From IMG/VR virus record IMGVR_UViG_3300049009_000811, positions 32,001-96,000 of that record: DNA of 64,000 nucleotides, one strand, 5' to 3'. Made by a program: the position numbers and the translations under genes. The notes beneath the pieces were generated by a model. It saw nothing but the letters and a program-made list of their open reading frames with translations. It did not search any database and was not told where the DNA came from. Below are positions 8,652 through 17,971 of this stretch, one piece after another. This DNA comes from a virus. Its lineage: Duplodnaviria > Caudoviricetes. The number at the start of each line of letters is the position of its first letter. Position 1 is the stretch's first letter.

Positions 8652-8825
8652 ATGAATGACTCAGTGAAAAAATGGATCAACGGAAAGTCCGACAGCTGCA
8701 CCTTCACCGTCGACAAGGTTTCGACGGGGCACAAAGCCCACCGGGGAGGCGTCGGGATACACGACACCCGCCCGAGACGGCAGCGCACCAGGGGCGCAGC
8801 CCAGCGCAACGCGATGCGCGACTGA
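8652..8825 (+). CDS. small basic protein (HDTRPRRQRTR)
   Basis: Motif A (8584), AAGGGAG RBS; terminator at 8883-8916. Confidence 0.65.
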   Translation: MNDSVKKWINGKSDSCTFTVDKVSTGHKAHRGGVGIHDTRPRRQRTRGAAQRNAMRD

Positions 8826-8882
8826 CAAACGCGGCGAAAGCCGCCAGGCGTGGCAACCCCACACACACAATTGCCACGCCAA

Positions 8883-8916
8883 GGAAACCCAGGTCAATAG
8901 CCTGGGTTTCTTTTTT
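8883..8916 (+). terminator. intrinsic terminator
   Basis: GAAACCCAGG...CCTGGGTTTC plus T6. Confidence 0.8.
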
Positions 8917-9032
8917 GCCCGGAACCGGTGTACTGACCTCCGGAGCCAGCCTGTCTCCAGGTTCCAGCCGTTCGCCGACCAGGCGGAACCCAATCATTGT
9001 GGGAAACAACAAACCTTAAAAGGAGAATGAGG

Positions 9033-9926
9033 ATGATCAAGGTAAACAAGATTTTGCGGAACCCGAACATCACCGGCGACAGGTCAAACATCACCGGCGA
9101 TCCGATAAACATCAGGGGCGACATCACGAACATCAGGGGCGACGTAACGAAACTCAGGGGCGACGTAACGAACATCAGCGGCGACGTGACCCTAATCAAC
9201 CGGTGTGGGACCATTTACGGGATCGAGGGCGACGTCTCGGGAATCAGCGGCGACGTGACGAAAATCAAGGGCGACGTCTCGAATATCAGGGGCGACGTGA
9301 CCAAGATCAGTGGAAAGGTGGACGGGGTCAAGCCACACCCTGGGGGCGACAGCCATCAAACACGTCCAGGTCTCATGGGCGACGTGTCCAAGATCAGCGG
9401 CGACATATCCAATCTCTACGGCGACGTGTCCGGCATCTGGGGGAATGTTTCCGGGATCATAGGCGACGTGTCCTATATCAAGGGCGACGTGACCGATTTC
9501 TGCGGTGACGTGAACGGTCAATATCAACGTGTCACTGAGGGAGACATAAAAGACCTGGCGACGAACTATGGAAAGGTTAAAAAACTGATCAATTCCGGCA
9601 ATCTTGTTGGAAAATATCTTGAAATCAATGGCGATGCAAAGAACATCTGGGGCAACGCCTATAGAATCAGCGGCGACGTCTCGAATATCTGTGGTGACAT
9701 CAACAAGATCCATGGCTACGTCTCGGGAATCAGCGGCGACGTAACGAACATCGAGGGCGACGTCTCGAGAATCAGGGGCGACGTCTCGAAGCTCAGCGGC
9801 GACTTGTCCGGGATCAAGGGCGACGTGACCGGGATCGAGGGCGATTTCTCGTTCCTGACGGGAGAACAACGCTCGAAGGGAATCTCGATCTCTATAATCC
9901 TAGACATGTTGGAAAAAGCTGGCTAA
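9033..9926 (+). CDS. heptapeptide-repeat (GDV(S/T)xIx) probable beta-solenoid protein
   Basis: More than 25 seven-residue repeats with 21-bp periodicity (GGCGACGT); paralog at 17008. Confidence 0.8.
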   Translation: MIKVNKILRNPNITGDRSNITGDPINIRGDITNIRGDVTKLRGDVTNISGDVTLINRCGTIYGIEGDVSGISGDVTKIKGDVSNIRGDVTKISGKVDGVKPHPGGDSHQTRPGLMGDVSKISGDISNLYGDVSGIWGNVSGIIGDVSYIKGDVTDFCGDVNGQYQRVTEGDIKDLATNYGKVKKLINSGNLVGKYLEINGDAKNIWGNAYRISGDVSNICGDINKIHGYVSGISGDVTNIEGDVSRIRGDVSKLSGDLSGIKGDVTGIEGDFSFLTGEQRSKGISISIILDMLEKAG

Positions 9927-10032
9927 CCACGCGGAAACCTGGAAGCCCTGGCGTGACTGCCGGGGCTCCAGCCGTTCCCAGTCAACCCGGAACCCAATCA
10001 TTGTGGTGGCAAGCAACAAACTATAAAGGAGA

Positions 10033-10242
10033 ATGAAAATGCTGGTAGGAGAATTGAACCAGGGTCAGAGGCTCGCTTACAAGCTTCTGCTCCGGAGGGA
10101 CGCGAAGATATACGACTGGGACGACACGTTCGTCGCCAGGATGCTCGACGACAACGAGTCGGTCCTCGGCGGCGAGGGATCGATAGAGGCGGGACGCAGG
10201 CTGGTGCCGTACTTCAGGTCCGTCTACCACGCGAGACGCTAG
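10033..10242 (+). CDS. hypothetical protein
   Basis: Motif A (9970), RBS; terminator at 10241-10268. Confidence 0.7.
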   Translation: MKMLVGELNQGQRLAYKLLLRRDAKIYDWDDTFVARMLDDNESVLGGEGSIEAGRRLVPYFRSVYHARR

Positions 10243-10268
10243 ACCGGGAAACCCCCGGTCTTTTTTTT
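10241..10268 (+). terminator. intrinsic terminator
   Basis: AGACCGGG-AAACC-CCCGGTCT plus T8. Confidence 0.8.
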
Positions 10269-10355
10269 CCCCGGAAACCGGTGTACTGACCTCCGGAAAG
10301 CGAAACTCGGCACATATATAGGGTCATAACCGCCGTCCAACAAAAGGGAAGACCG

Positions 10356-11036
10356 ATGAAGACACAAAACAGGAAAGCCAAGAAACACCACAACCAGATC
10401 AACGAGGGGTTCGTCCGATACTCCTTCTCGGAGTACGTCCACAGGCAGGGCGACGAGCAGTTCGACGAGTTCCTCGGGATCGGGAAGGCTTTGGGCGGCG
10501 CGTGGAACAAACTCACCCAGAACCAGCGCCCAGGCGGCGTTCCCAGAGCTTCCGCCCCGGATGCGGCACCAGCACAAGCGCAGCGCCCAAGCGCGCCGCA
10601 GCGGATACTGCAGCGCGCCGCAGAGCAGAAGCCAAGCTCGTTCACCCCGGACCAAGCCAAAATGGCGAAACTGAAATCGAGGAACGTCCACCTGACACGC
10701 GTCGAGAAGTCTTTCGATGACATAGCCAACGTGCTGCAGAAACCGCAGCCCGGCGAGGACATGGCTGCGATATCGGGCATGAACGTATACGTGAAAGAGA
10801 AATTGATCCCGGCGCTGAAGAACCAGTTCCGCCCTTCGATGGACAAGAAATGGAAACTGCTCGACGACGCGACCCCGAACGACGTCTCCAGGAGCGGCGG
10901 CATGATATCCGCCAGGGAAACCAACCCAGAGGGCGGCGCGCCTAGGGGCAGCGGCTCGGCACCGGGTTCAGGCTCGGCTAAAGACCAGATCTCCAAGTCC
11001 GCCGGGAGTTACTTCGACAGGCTCAGCGGCAGGTAA
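10356..11036 (+). CDS. hypothetical protein, late-type (possible internal virion protein)
   Basis: CATATATA box at about 10313 instead of motif A; YSFSEY...DE motif near the N-terminus. Confidence 0.7.
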   Translation: MKTQNRKAKKHHNQINEGFVRYSFSEYVHRQGDEQFDEFLGIGKALGGAWNKLTQNQRPGGVPRASAPDAAPAQAQRPSAPQRILQRAAEQKPSSFTPDQAKMAKLKSRNVHLTRVEKSFDDIANVLQKPQPGEDMAAISGMNVYVKEKLIPALKNQFRPSMDKKWKLLDDATPNDVSRSGGMISARETNPEGGAPRGSGSAPGSGSAKDQISKSAGSYFDRLSGR

Positions 11037-11062
11037 CACGGGAACGGACGCGCGGAAACGAA

Positions 11063-11095
11063 GAAAGCCAGGGATTACTCCCTGGCTTTCTCATT
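11063..11095. terminator. bidirectional terminator between convergent genes
   Basis: GAAAGCCAGGGA-TTAC-TCCCTGGCTTTC. Confidence 0.7.
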
Positions 11096-11116
11096 TAAGT
11101 CAGTCTGCGCCCGCCA

Positions 11117-11200
11117 CTAGTCGGCTGCGCCAGTCGCGCATACCGCAGACACGAGGATCGAACCCATCATCGCCACGACCAACCACAGGTAAATTTCCAT
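11117..11200 (-). CDS. 27-aa hydrophobic peptide (MEIYLWLVVAMMGSILVSAV...)
   Basis: Own motif A (11271) and AAGGAG RBS. Confidence 0.55.
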   Translation of the reverse strand: MEIYLWLVVAMMGSILVSAVCATGAAD

Positions 11201-11269
11201 CTTTCATTCTCCTTCAAAGTTTTTGTTTCCCGCCACACGAACATAGGGTGCCGCGTGGCGGGCGAACGG

Positions 11270-11698
11270 CTATTCGGAAGCCATCATCGCGTCCCTCACC
11301 CTCGACGAGTGGTTGGTGCAATGGTGGTCATTCCCGGCGTAGGACTCGCCGCATCCCCTGCATACATTCGTCGCGGGCTTGACCCAGCTTTCGTTGCTCA
11401 AAGCCCACCGCAGCCGCTTCTCCGCGCGCTCCAGCGACACCTTCGCCTCGTCGGAACCGGGTTTCGCCTGCAGCGTCAACACCAGGTCGAGGACCTCGTC
11501 GCACCAGGCTTCGCTCGGGAACTGGTCATCCATCGCCCCGGTCAGCGTCTCCAGCACGTAAGCGAGGGTACGTTCCCGGCGGAAGAACTTGGACGTCCTC
11601 TCCCGGTCCTTCTGCCACACGACCATGCTTAGGTCATGAGCGAGGAACGCAGCGTGCGTCTCCAGCAACATCCCGATAACCTTCTTCTCCTTCTCCAT
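11270..11698 (-). CDS. hypothetical protein with C-terminal CxxC/HC
   Basis: AAGGAG RBS before MEKEKK; degenerate motif A upstream. Confidence 0.7.
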   Translation of the reverse strand: MEKEKKVIGMLLETHAAFLAHDLSMVVWQKDRERTSKFFRRERTLAYVLETLTGAMDDQFPSEAWCDEVLDLVLTLQAKPGSDEAKVSLERAEKRLRWALSNESWVKPATNVCRGCGESYAGNDHHCTNHSSRVRDAMMASE

Positions 11699-11946
11699 GA
11701 CACGACTCCTTTCAAAAGTCCGATCTCCCGGGTTCCGCCCGACATAGGGCGAACGCCATACCCGCGAACCACCATATAGGTGGCGAGGTGCCAGACCCGG
11801 CAAGAACGGCTAAGTCATTCGCCCGGAACCGGGAAAGTTTGCATGGAAAAACCGATATTTTCCTTTTTCCCCGTTCCGTGAGCCGTTCGACAGCGGACCG
11901 GCACCCCATAGCCGTGTGACAAACATCAAAACGAGAGGGATTGATC

Positions 11947-12657
11947 ATGGGAATGTTCTCCTGGTGCTGCAAGGGATGCGGCGAAGAGATATGCCGCGGC
12001 GAGTTCGCCCGGCTCAACGGAAGAAAACAGGTCTACGGCGGATACGGCGACGGCGACCACGACGAATACGTCGCCTGGCACCAGCGCTGCTACGGCGCTG
12101 CGACCAAGGAACAGAAGCTGGACGACAACCCCAGCAAGCCCGCGAAAAACCAGGGCATGGGCGCCGCGAGGCTGCGTTTCCTCGAGGGCTACGACGAGGG
12201 CAAGCCGGTCACCTACACCGCGGTCCTGTACGCCTACGGCGAGAAGGGGCAATTCGAGTTCTTCTACACCAACTCCGGCAAGCTGGAGAACCAGACGTCC
12301 TATGACGCCCTCTACGAGGCTGAGGTCGACAAGCCTTCCGGTTTCGACTACGAGGCGTGGACGCTGCTCCCAGCGGAGGACAAGAAGAAGGCGAAAGAGG
12401 AACACCTGAAGAAGATAGAGGAAGCAATCGGCTTCCCTTCCCCGCGCGACAACGCCAAGGTTTTCGGCTCGAGGGTCGATGCGCTCGTGTTGGCACTCGC
12501 GGCGCTGGATCGCGCGGCGCTGGCTCGCGACCTGCCGGAGGAGTGCGGGGGGAGATACCATCTGATCGTCCTCGGCAGGCAGGGCGATATCGAGGGATCC
12601 GTCTACGAGCGGGTAAGCCGTTCGGAAACCGACCGGAACCCCACCATCGTAAAATAA
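11947..12657 (+). CDS. hypothetical protein with N-terminal Zn-binding motif
   Basis: MGMFSWCCKGC...GxYGGYG...HxxC; motif A (11881). Confidence 0.75.
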   Translation: MGMFSWCCKGCGEEICRGEFARLNGRKQVYGGYGDGDHDEYVAWHQRCYGAATKEQKLDDNPSKPAKNQGMGAARLRFLEGYDEGKPVTYTAVLYAYGEKGQFEFFYTNSGKLENQTSYDALYEAEVDKPSGFDYEAWTLLPAEDKKKAKEEHLKKIEEAIGFPSPRDNAKVFGSRVDALVLALAALDRAALARDLPEECGGRYHLIVLGRQGDIEGSVYERVSRSETDRNPTIVK

Positions 12658-12675
12658 CCATAAAGGAGAACCGAG

Positions 12676-12831
12676 ATGGAAGACTACTGGCTGGAAATGG
12701 CGTACGAGGACAGGGTCTCTGGGAATCCAGACTTCGACGAGGACGACTACGACATCGAACCTGACTTCGATGACGACGACGATGACATCGAGCCCGACTA
12801 CGACCCGGACGGTCACGCGCAGGCTGCGTAA
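12676..12831 (+). CDS. 51-aa hyper-acidic peptide (MEDYWLEMAYEDR...DDDDDD)
   Basis: Motif A (12616), AAGGAG RBS. Confidence 0.7.
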   Translation: MEDYWLEMAYEDRVSGNPDFDEDDYDIEPDFDDDDDDIEPDYDPDGHAQAA

Positions 12832-12986
12832 GCAATGGCGGGCATCCACACACACTGAAGTCCCGCCGCGGGAAAGCCAGGGAAACCTGGCTTCCTCCCA
12901 TTCCACCCATATTACGGCTGAGCCGTTCACGGAAACCCCGGAACCCCATTGTCGTGACGGAAACCAAAACCAACGGAGATCGAAAG

Positions 12987-13196
12987 ATGAAGACCCTTTT
13001 CCTGCTTCTGGCGCCATTTTTCAACAACTATGTCGAGAGCGACGAGAACATAGTTTACGTCCAGAGCTACCAGATGGTAGTGAACGACGAGATCAAGCGT
13101 GACATCGTCGTGGGCGTGAAACCGGGCAAGAGGAAGTTCACGTTCGAGGTACTCGTCGTGGACAACGACAGCATCCTCGTCGACTTCCACAATTAA
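12987..13196 (+). CDS. hypothetical protein
   Basis: Motif A (12921), GGAG RBS. Confidence 0.65.
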   Translation: MKTLFLLLAPFFNNYVESDENIVYVQSYQMVVNDEIKRDIVVGVKPGKRKFTFEVLVVDNDSILVDFHN

Positions 13197-13278
13197 GACC
13201 ATGCCACCGTATGTACTGGCATGGCGAAAAAGGCGGCTTTCCCTCGGGAAGGCTGCCTTTTCTCACATACATACATAC

Positions 13279-13902
13279 ATGAACCTAAGGCAACATTCGA
13301 AGGAAGGTCAGGACATCGTCCTGTACCACTGGATCAGGACGGTCGGCGAGACCAACAGGGTCGCCGTCGAGTTCGGGGCGCGCGACGGCTTCGACTGCTC
13401 CAACGTGAGGATGTTCGCGCAGCTCGGCTGGAGGCTGGTCCAGTGGGACGCCAACCAGTCCGGGGACGTGAGCAGGGAGTTCGTGACGAGGGAGAACGTC
13501 AACGACACGTTCGCCAGGCACGGCGTCCCGCCCGAGCCGGACATACTCTCCATAGACGTGGACGGCAACGACTACTGGATATGGGAAGCGCTCACGTACC
13601 TCCCGAGGATCGTCGTCATCGAGTACAACGCCAACTTCGCGATCGGCGAGAGCGCCGTCGTGAGGTATGACCCCAACAGGAAGTGGACCGGGGACGCAGC
13701 CTACGGGGCTTCGTTCACCGCCATGAACGACCTGGCGAGGCGCAAGGGATACGTGTACGTCGACGAGGTCGGTCACGACCTGGTTTTCGTGCGCGAGAGC
13801 CTGCTCCTCCCCAAAGCCGTGAACCCGACCCTGCCGAGGCACATCCACAGGCAGACCGGATATGACCAGTTCACCGCGCCGACGCGCCAGATAAAGCTGT
13901 GA
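13279..13902 (+). CDS. FkbM-like class I SAM methyltransferase
   Basis: VEFGARDG, LSIDVDGNDYWIW, IEYN and GAS motifs; CATACATA late-type box, leaderless start. Confidence 0.75.
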   Translation: MNLRQHSKEGQDIVLYHWIRTVGETNRVAVEFGARDGFDCSNVRMFAQLGWRLVQWDANQSGDVSREFVTRENVNDTFARHGVPPEPDILSIDVDGNDYWIWEALTYLPRIVVIEYNANFAIGESAVVRYDPNRKWTGDAAYGASFTAMNDLARRKGYVYVDEVGHDLVFVRESLLLPKAVNPTLPRHIHRQTGYDQFTAPTRQIKL

Positions 13903-14002
13903 AGCCCGCGATCCCGCAAACGTGAAGCCGACCGGTGAAGCCGTTCCCAGACCGACCGGAACCCCATGGGCATGTGACGGAAACCGAACCAAGGAGAATG
14001 AA

Positions 14003-14107
14003 ATGAACGACATGAAGACACGCGAAGTGACGGACATCCAGTGCAACGAGGATACCGGGGTGACTCCCGAGCAGATCTACCTGGACATGCTGGCGATGGC
14101 TGCCTAG
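14003..14107 (+). CDS. 34-aa peptide (MNDMKTRE...)
   Basis: Motif A (13939), AAGGAG RBS. Confidence 0.55.
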   Translation: MNDMKTREVTDIQCNEDTGVTPEQIYLDMLAMAA

Positions 14108-14335
14108 GACAGGACGTGAAACCCGAAACCAAAGCCCATGGGGATTGCCCCGTGGGCTTTTCCTTTTAGGCGCCGGAACACGTGAAGCCCGGACCCGACG
14201 CCGGACCGCGTGAAGCAGCCATGCCGACGTGAAGCCGTGAAACCGGTGTACTGACCTCCGGACCCTGGCGCGGAAACGAGAAAGCGAGCGAGTCATCGCT
14301 GACTCGCTCGCTTTACCCCCTAGACCGCGCGGAAC

Positions 14336-14758
14336 CTACAGTATCTGGTACTGGTTCGGGTACTTGCCGTCAAGCCAAACCTTGGCTTTCGCCAGTTCCG
14401 TGCAGCCAGTAAGCGTCCGGAAAGTTCCCCTATCGTCCGTGGTGAGACGGAACACGGTTCCCTTCCTCTTGGCTTTCGCCAGTTGCTTCTCCTTCTCGAA
14501 GTTCTCTAGGAGCTGGTCGAGGAAAGTCTCGACATTGTGGGTGTATTGAACACCAGAGAATTCATATTGGGGCTGAGAGGCTACATGAGCCTCAAGACTC
14601 GCTTGCGATCCGACGCCGAAGTACTCGACATCGACCGGACCGCCCTCTCCTCCGTTATGGACGAAGGCGAACCTTTTGCCGTCCACGTTCAACGTGAACT
14701 GGTAACCGCCACCATCCCTCGTGTCCCAAGTTTTCAATCCCTTTATCTTGAAGTCCAT
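14336..14758 (-). CDS. hypothetical cassette protein
   Basis: Motif A (14827), AAGGAG RBS. Confidence 0.75.
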   Translation of the reverse strand: MDFKIKGLKTWDTRDGGGYQFTLNVDGKRFAFVHNGGEGGPVDVEYFGVGSQASLEAHVASQPQYEFSGVQYTHNVETFLDQLLENFEKEKQLAKAKRKGTVFRLTTDDRGTFRTLTGCTELAKAKVWLDGKYPNQYQIL

Positions 14759-14831
14759 TTTTCCGTCTCCTTTGTTTTATTGTTCCCTTCACACAACCAT
14801 AGGGTGCCAGTTCGCCAGCGAACGGCTCAGC

Positions 14832-15017
14832 CTAGGCGATTCTGGTTATCCTCATGTCGCCACGGATCTCGTCACCGACCTCGGAACACGAAACCCAATC
14901 CTCGAACTCCTCGAAGGACTCCTCGAAGGATTCGTCATACAAGGCGAGGACTCTGTCGCCCTCGACCTCGGTGTTGTATCCACGACCAGTAAGATCCTTC
15001 ACGAAGAATTTCTTCAT
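14832..15017 (-). CDS. 61-aa protein (KKFFVKDLTGRG), homologous to the C-terminal domain of ORF 32754..33215
   Basis: Motif A (15084); internal homology seen directly. Confidence 0.7.
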   Translation of the reverse strand: MKKFFVKDLTGRGYNTEVEGDRVLALYDESFEESFEEFEDWVSCSEVGDEIRGDMRITRIA

Positions 15018-15133
15018 TTCCGATCCCCTTGATTTTAGTTTCCCGCCACACGACAATGGGGTTCCAGGTCGCCAGCGAACGGCTCGACCGAAGCCCTACT
15101 GGGACCGGAAGTCAGTACACCGGTCCCAGTCAT

Positions 15134-15163
15134 AAAAAAAGCCTAGGTCGATGACCTAGGCTT
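15134..15163 (-). terminator. intrinsic terminator
   Basis: A7 plus GCCTAGGTC-GAT-GACCTAGGC; related hairpins at 15468 and 16278. Confidence 0.75.
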
Positions 15164-15168
15164 CCATT

Positions 15169-15339
15169 CTAGTCGCGGCGGCAATATTCGAGGCGGACAG
15201 CCTCGATGGCAGCCGTGAAGGCTTCCTGGTTCCCGCTCGCCGCCTTGACCGCCGCCATCAAGGCGACATAAGGGTTGCTGGAAGCCTCGAGGGCGTCCAG
15301 GCGGGAGTTTACACCGACAAAATATTCGGCTTCGGTCAT
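15169..15339 (-). CDS. 56-aa protein (MTEAEYFVGVNSRLDALEA...)
   Basis: Motif A (15411), AGGAG RBS; N-terminus shared with the 17972 ORF. Confidence 0.7.
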   Translation of the reverse strand: MTEAEYFVGVNSRLDALEASSNPYVALMAAVKAASGNQEAFTAAIEAVRLEYCRRD

Positions 15340-15496
15340 GTTTCGATCTCCTGAAAGAGTTTAAGTTCCACACCACACAACCATGGGGTTCCAGGTCGAC
15401 CACGAACGGCTCAGCCGAAGCCCCACTGGGACCGGAAGTCAGTACACCGGTTCCAGCCATGAGAAAAGCCCAGGTCATTGACCTGGGCTTTTCTGG

Positions 15497-15820
15497 TTAT
15501 CCAACCACGCAGACCTCAAGGTTCTCTTCCAGCAATTGCCGTACCATGTCCCCGTTGTTATCCAAGGCAATCCGGTGAACACTTGCCAAATCCTTGTTCT
15601 GATATCGCCTGCATGGGATGACGCTGACGATTTTGTAGAAGTCCTTGTTAAGACGGTGAGTCTCCCAAATCCCCTCTATCTTGCAAACACTAACACTTGT
15701 CTTGTATGCCTTGTCGACATGCCTTGTCGACATTTTAACCCTGGTATTACCACTTGTCCACGATTCGGTTATTGTTCTTTTTACCGAATCTTCAAACTTG
15801 TTGTTCTCTACAATCATCAT
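15497..15820 (-). CDS. hypothetical cassette protein
   Basis: Motif A (15891); terminator at 15464-15493. Confidence 0.7.
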   Translation of the reverse strand: MMIVENNKFEDSVKRTITESWTSGNTRVKMSTRHVDKAYKTSVSVCKIEGIWETHRLNKDFYKIVSVIPCRRYQNKDLASVHRIALDNNGDMVRQLLEENLEVCVVG

Positions 15821-16109
15821 CTTTCGATCCCCTTCAAAGTTTAAGTTCCACACCACACAAACATGGGGTTCCAGGTCATCCCCGAACGGCTCAGACTATA
15901 CTAGATCGATCCGCGGCAACAACGCAATACACCTAGCCGACGAAGCCCCGAAACGCCACCTGTTTTCGACGATCACCGGTAAATCGACCTGCCATGCCAT
16001 TCCAGGACATATGGACGAAAACAGGCACATGACCTGGCGAGCCGTTCACGGTCGACCCGGAACCCCATGGTTGTGTGATGGGAAACAAAAAACTTTCAGG
16101 AGATCGAAA

Positions 16110-16271
16110 ATGAAGAATCTTAGCGCGGTAAAGACCTTTGAGCAAAATTGCGAGTGGATTGACGCGGCAGCCGCCGCCCTCGAAAAACTCGAGGCTGCCA
16201 AGCTCGCGGTTATCGCCGCGCAGGCTGCGGCAGAAGCCGCCGAGGCTGAGGTCGAAATACTTTTCAGTTAA
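16110..16271 (+). CDS. Ala-rich 53-aa helical peptide
   Basis: Motif A (16040), AGGAG RBS; terminator at 16275-16304. Confidence 0.65.
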   Translation: MKNLSAVKTFEQNCEWIDAAAAALEKLEAAKLAVIAAQAAAEAAEAEVEILFS

Positions 16272-16423
16272 GGAAAAGCCTAGGTCCAAGACCTAGGCTT
16301 TTTTCATGCCCGGAAACCGGTGTACTGACCTCCGGACCCAGTGGAACCAGGTTCCAGCCGTTCGCCAAAGACCCGGAACCCCATCATCGTGTGGCAAGCA
16401 ACAAACTTTCAAGGAAATCAAAA

Positions 16424-16585
16424 ATGGCTAAGTTCTTTTTCGGCGCTTCAATCGTGTTGGCGACTTTCTCCTGCGTGGCTGCGAGCCATGCCGAGCCGAA
16501 TATCGGCGTCGGGATAGTGCTGACGACCCTGACCGCCGCCATGGCGTTGATCACGGCACCGGAGGCTCTCGGTCTCGACAAGTAA
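16424..16585 (+). CDS. small two-TM membrane protein
   Basis: Motif A (16356); hydrophobic segments. Confidence 0.6.
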   Translation: MAKFFFGASIVLATFSCVAASHAEPNIGVGIVLTTLTAAMALITAPEALGLDK

Positions 16586-16661
16586 GCCGAGCCGTTCGCC
16601 GAACACCCGGAACCCTATGGTTGTGTGGTGGGAAAAGGAAACAAAAAAAGGAGAATGGAAA

Positions 16662-16865
16662 ATGGAAGAACTGGCAGAAATGATCTACGACCGAAACCAG
16701 GAAACCATCTCGTCATTCTTCGAGGACGAGCGGTACGGAGAGGACGAATTCCTCGATGAATTGGTGGACGACATCGTCTCGGCGATCCAGATCGCCGAGG
16801 GCGAGGAATTCGCCCCCGAGGTCGAGGACCTCATCAGGGAACAAGTCATGAACGGTCTGACCTAG
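16662..16865 (+). CDS. 67-aa hyper-acidic protein
   Basis: Motif A (16590), AAGGAG RBS; strongly D/E-rich. Confidence 0.7.
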   Translation: MEELAEMIYDRNQETISSFFEDERYGEDEFLDELVDDIVSAIQIAEGEEFAPEVEDLIREQVMNGLT

Positions 16866-17007
16866 GACTCAGCCCAGGCTAAACGCCCGGGCTTTCCCTT
16901 TTCCCGGAAACCGGTGTACTGACCTCCGGAGCCGGACCCCTGGCGAGCCGTTCGTGAACTACCCGGAACCCTACAAACGTAACTCAACCCCAACCGGAGA
17001 ATCGAAG

Positions 17008-17598
17008 ATGTCTACTTGCGAGAAGAAACTGGTAAATGCAGGAAACCTCACCGGAGACCTTTCCGGGATATGGGGCGACGCGGGCAAGCGATATGATTGC
17101 GATATTACCGAACACCTTTCCGGTCTCACGGGCGACGCGACTAATATCAGGGGCGACGTGTCCAAAATCCGTGGCGACGTTACCGGGCTCAGGGGCGACG
17201 TGTCCGGGATCTGGGGATATGTGTCCGCGATCACGGGCGACGTGTCAAATCTCAGTGGCGACGCGTCCTTGTTCAGCCGGTGGGGATACGTGTCCAACCT
17301 CTACGGCGACGTGTCCGGGATCAGGGGATATGTGCACAATCTCAAGGGCGACGTTACCGGGATCAGGGGCGACGTGTCTGGTCTCCGTGGCGATGTCACC
17401 GGTCTCAAGGGCGGTGTGTACGGGCTCCGTGGCGATGTCACTGGGATCGAGGGAAGCGTGTACTGGCTCCGTGGCGACGTCGAAGACCTGGTTCTCCAGG
17501 GAAAGCTGAAGCGTACGGGCAAACATGAACCCGAGAAGACCAAGGAATCTCGACTGGTCGAGAAGCCAGACGATATCAAGACCTTGTTCGGCAAGTAA
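17008..17598 (+). CDS. heptapeptide-repeat (GDV(S/T)GLx) protein, paralog of 9033
   Basis: About 20 seven-residue repeats; motif A (16946). Confidence 0.8.
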   Translation: MSTCEKKLVNAGNLTGDLSGIWGDAGKRYDCDITEHLSGLTGDATNIRGDVSKIRGDVTGLRGDVSGIWGYVSAITGDVSNLSGDASLFSRWGYVSNLYGDVSGIRGYVHNLKGDVTGIRGDVSGLRGDVTGLKGGVYGLRGDVTGIEGSVYWLRGDVEDLVLQGKLKRTGKHEPEKTKESRLVEKPDDIKTLFGK

Positions 17599-17679
17599 AA
17601 ATCAGAAGCCGTTCCCAATCAACCCGGAACCCTACCGTCGTGTGGCGGAAACGAAAAAAACAAACAAGGAGAATGGAAA

Positions 17680-17907
17680 ATGGCTGATTTCACCTGGGCT
17701 TGCGGCACTGATCCCGTGGATTCCCAATCGAGGATCGCCGTCATGGGACACATCCACCGCGAGACCCTGCAGAGTCACGCCTTCAGGGTCCAGGAGCTGC
17801 AGGGCGAGCTCCAGCAGGCTAACGAACGGATCCTCCTCCTCGAGGGATACCTCAAGGCGATGAGCGAGGGGGAGAGTTTCGCCCTCCCACCGAACCTGGG
17901 CATCTGA
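17680..17907 (+). CDS. small coiled-coil protein
   Basis: Motif A (17607), AAGGAG RBS. Confidence 0.7.
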   Translation: MADFTWACGTDPVDSQSRIAVMGHIHRETLQSHAFRVQELQGELQQANERILLLEGYLKAMSEGESFALPPNLGI

Positions 17908-17971
17908 CCCTGCGTCCTAGCCGTTCCCAATCAACCTGGAATCCCATAACTTAAACCAAGGAGACCGAAAC

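Noticed and set aside
9033-17598. Diversity-generating retroelement acting on repeat proteins or GT9 paralogs
   Set aside because: No reverse transcriptase in the window and no adenine-specific TR/VR mismatch pattern noticed.
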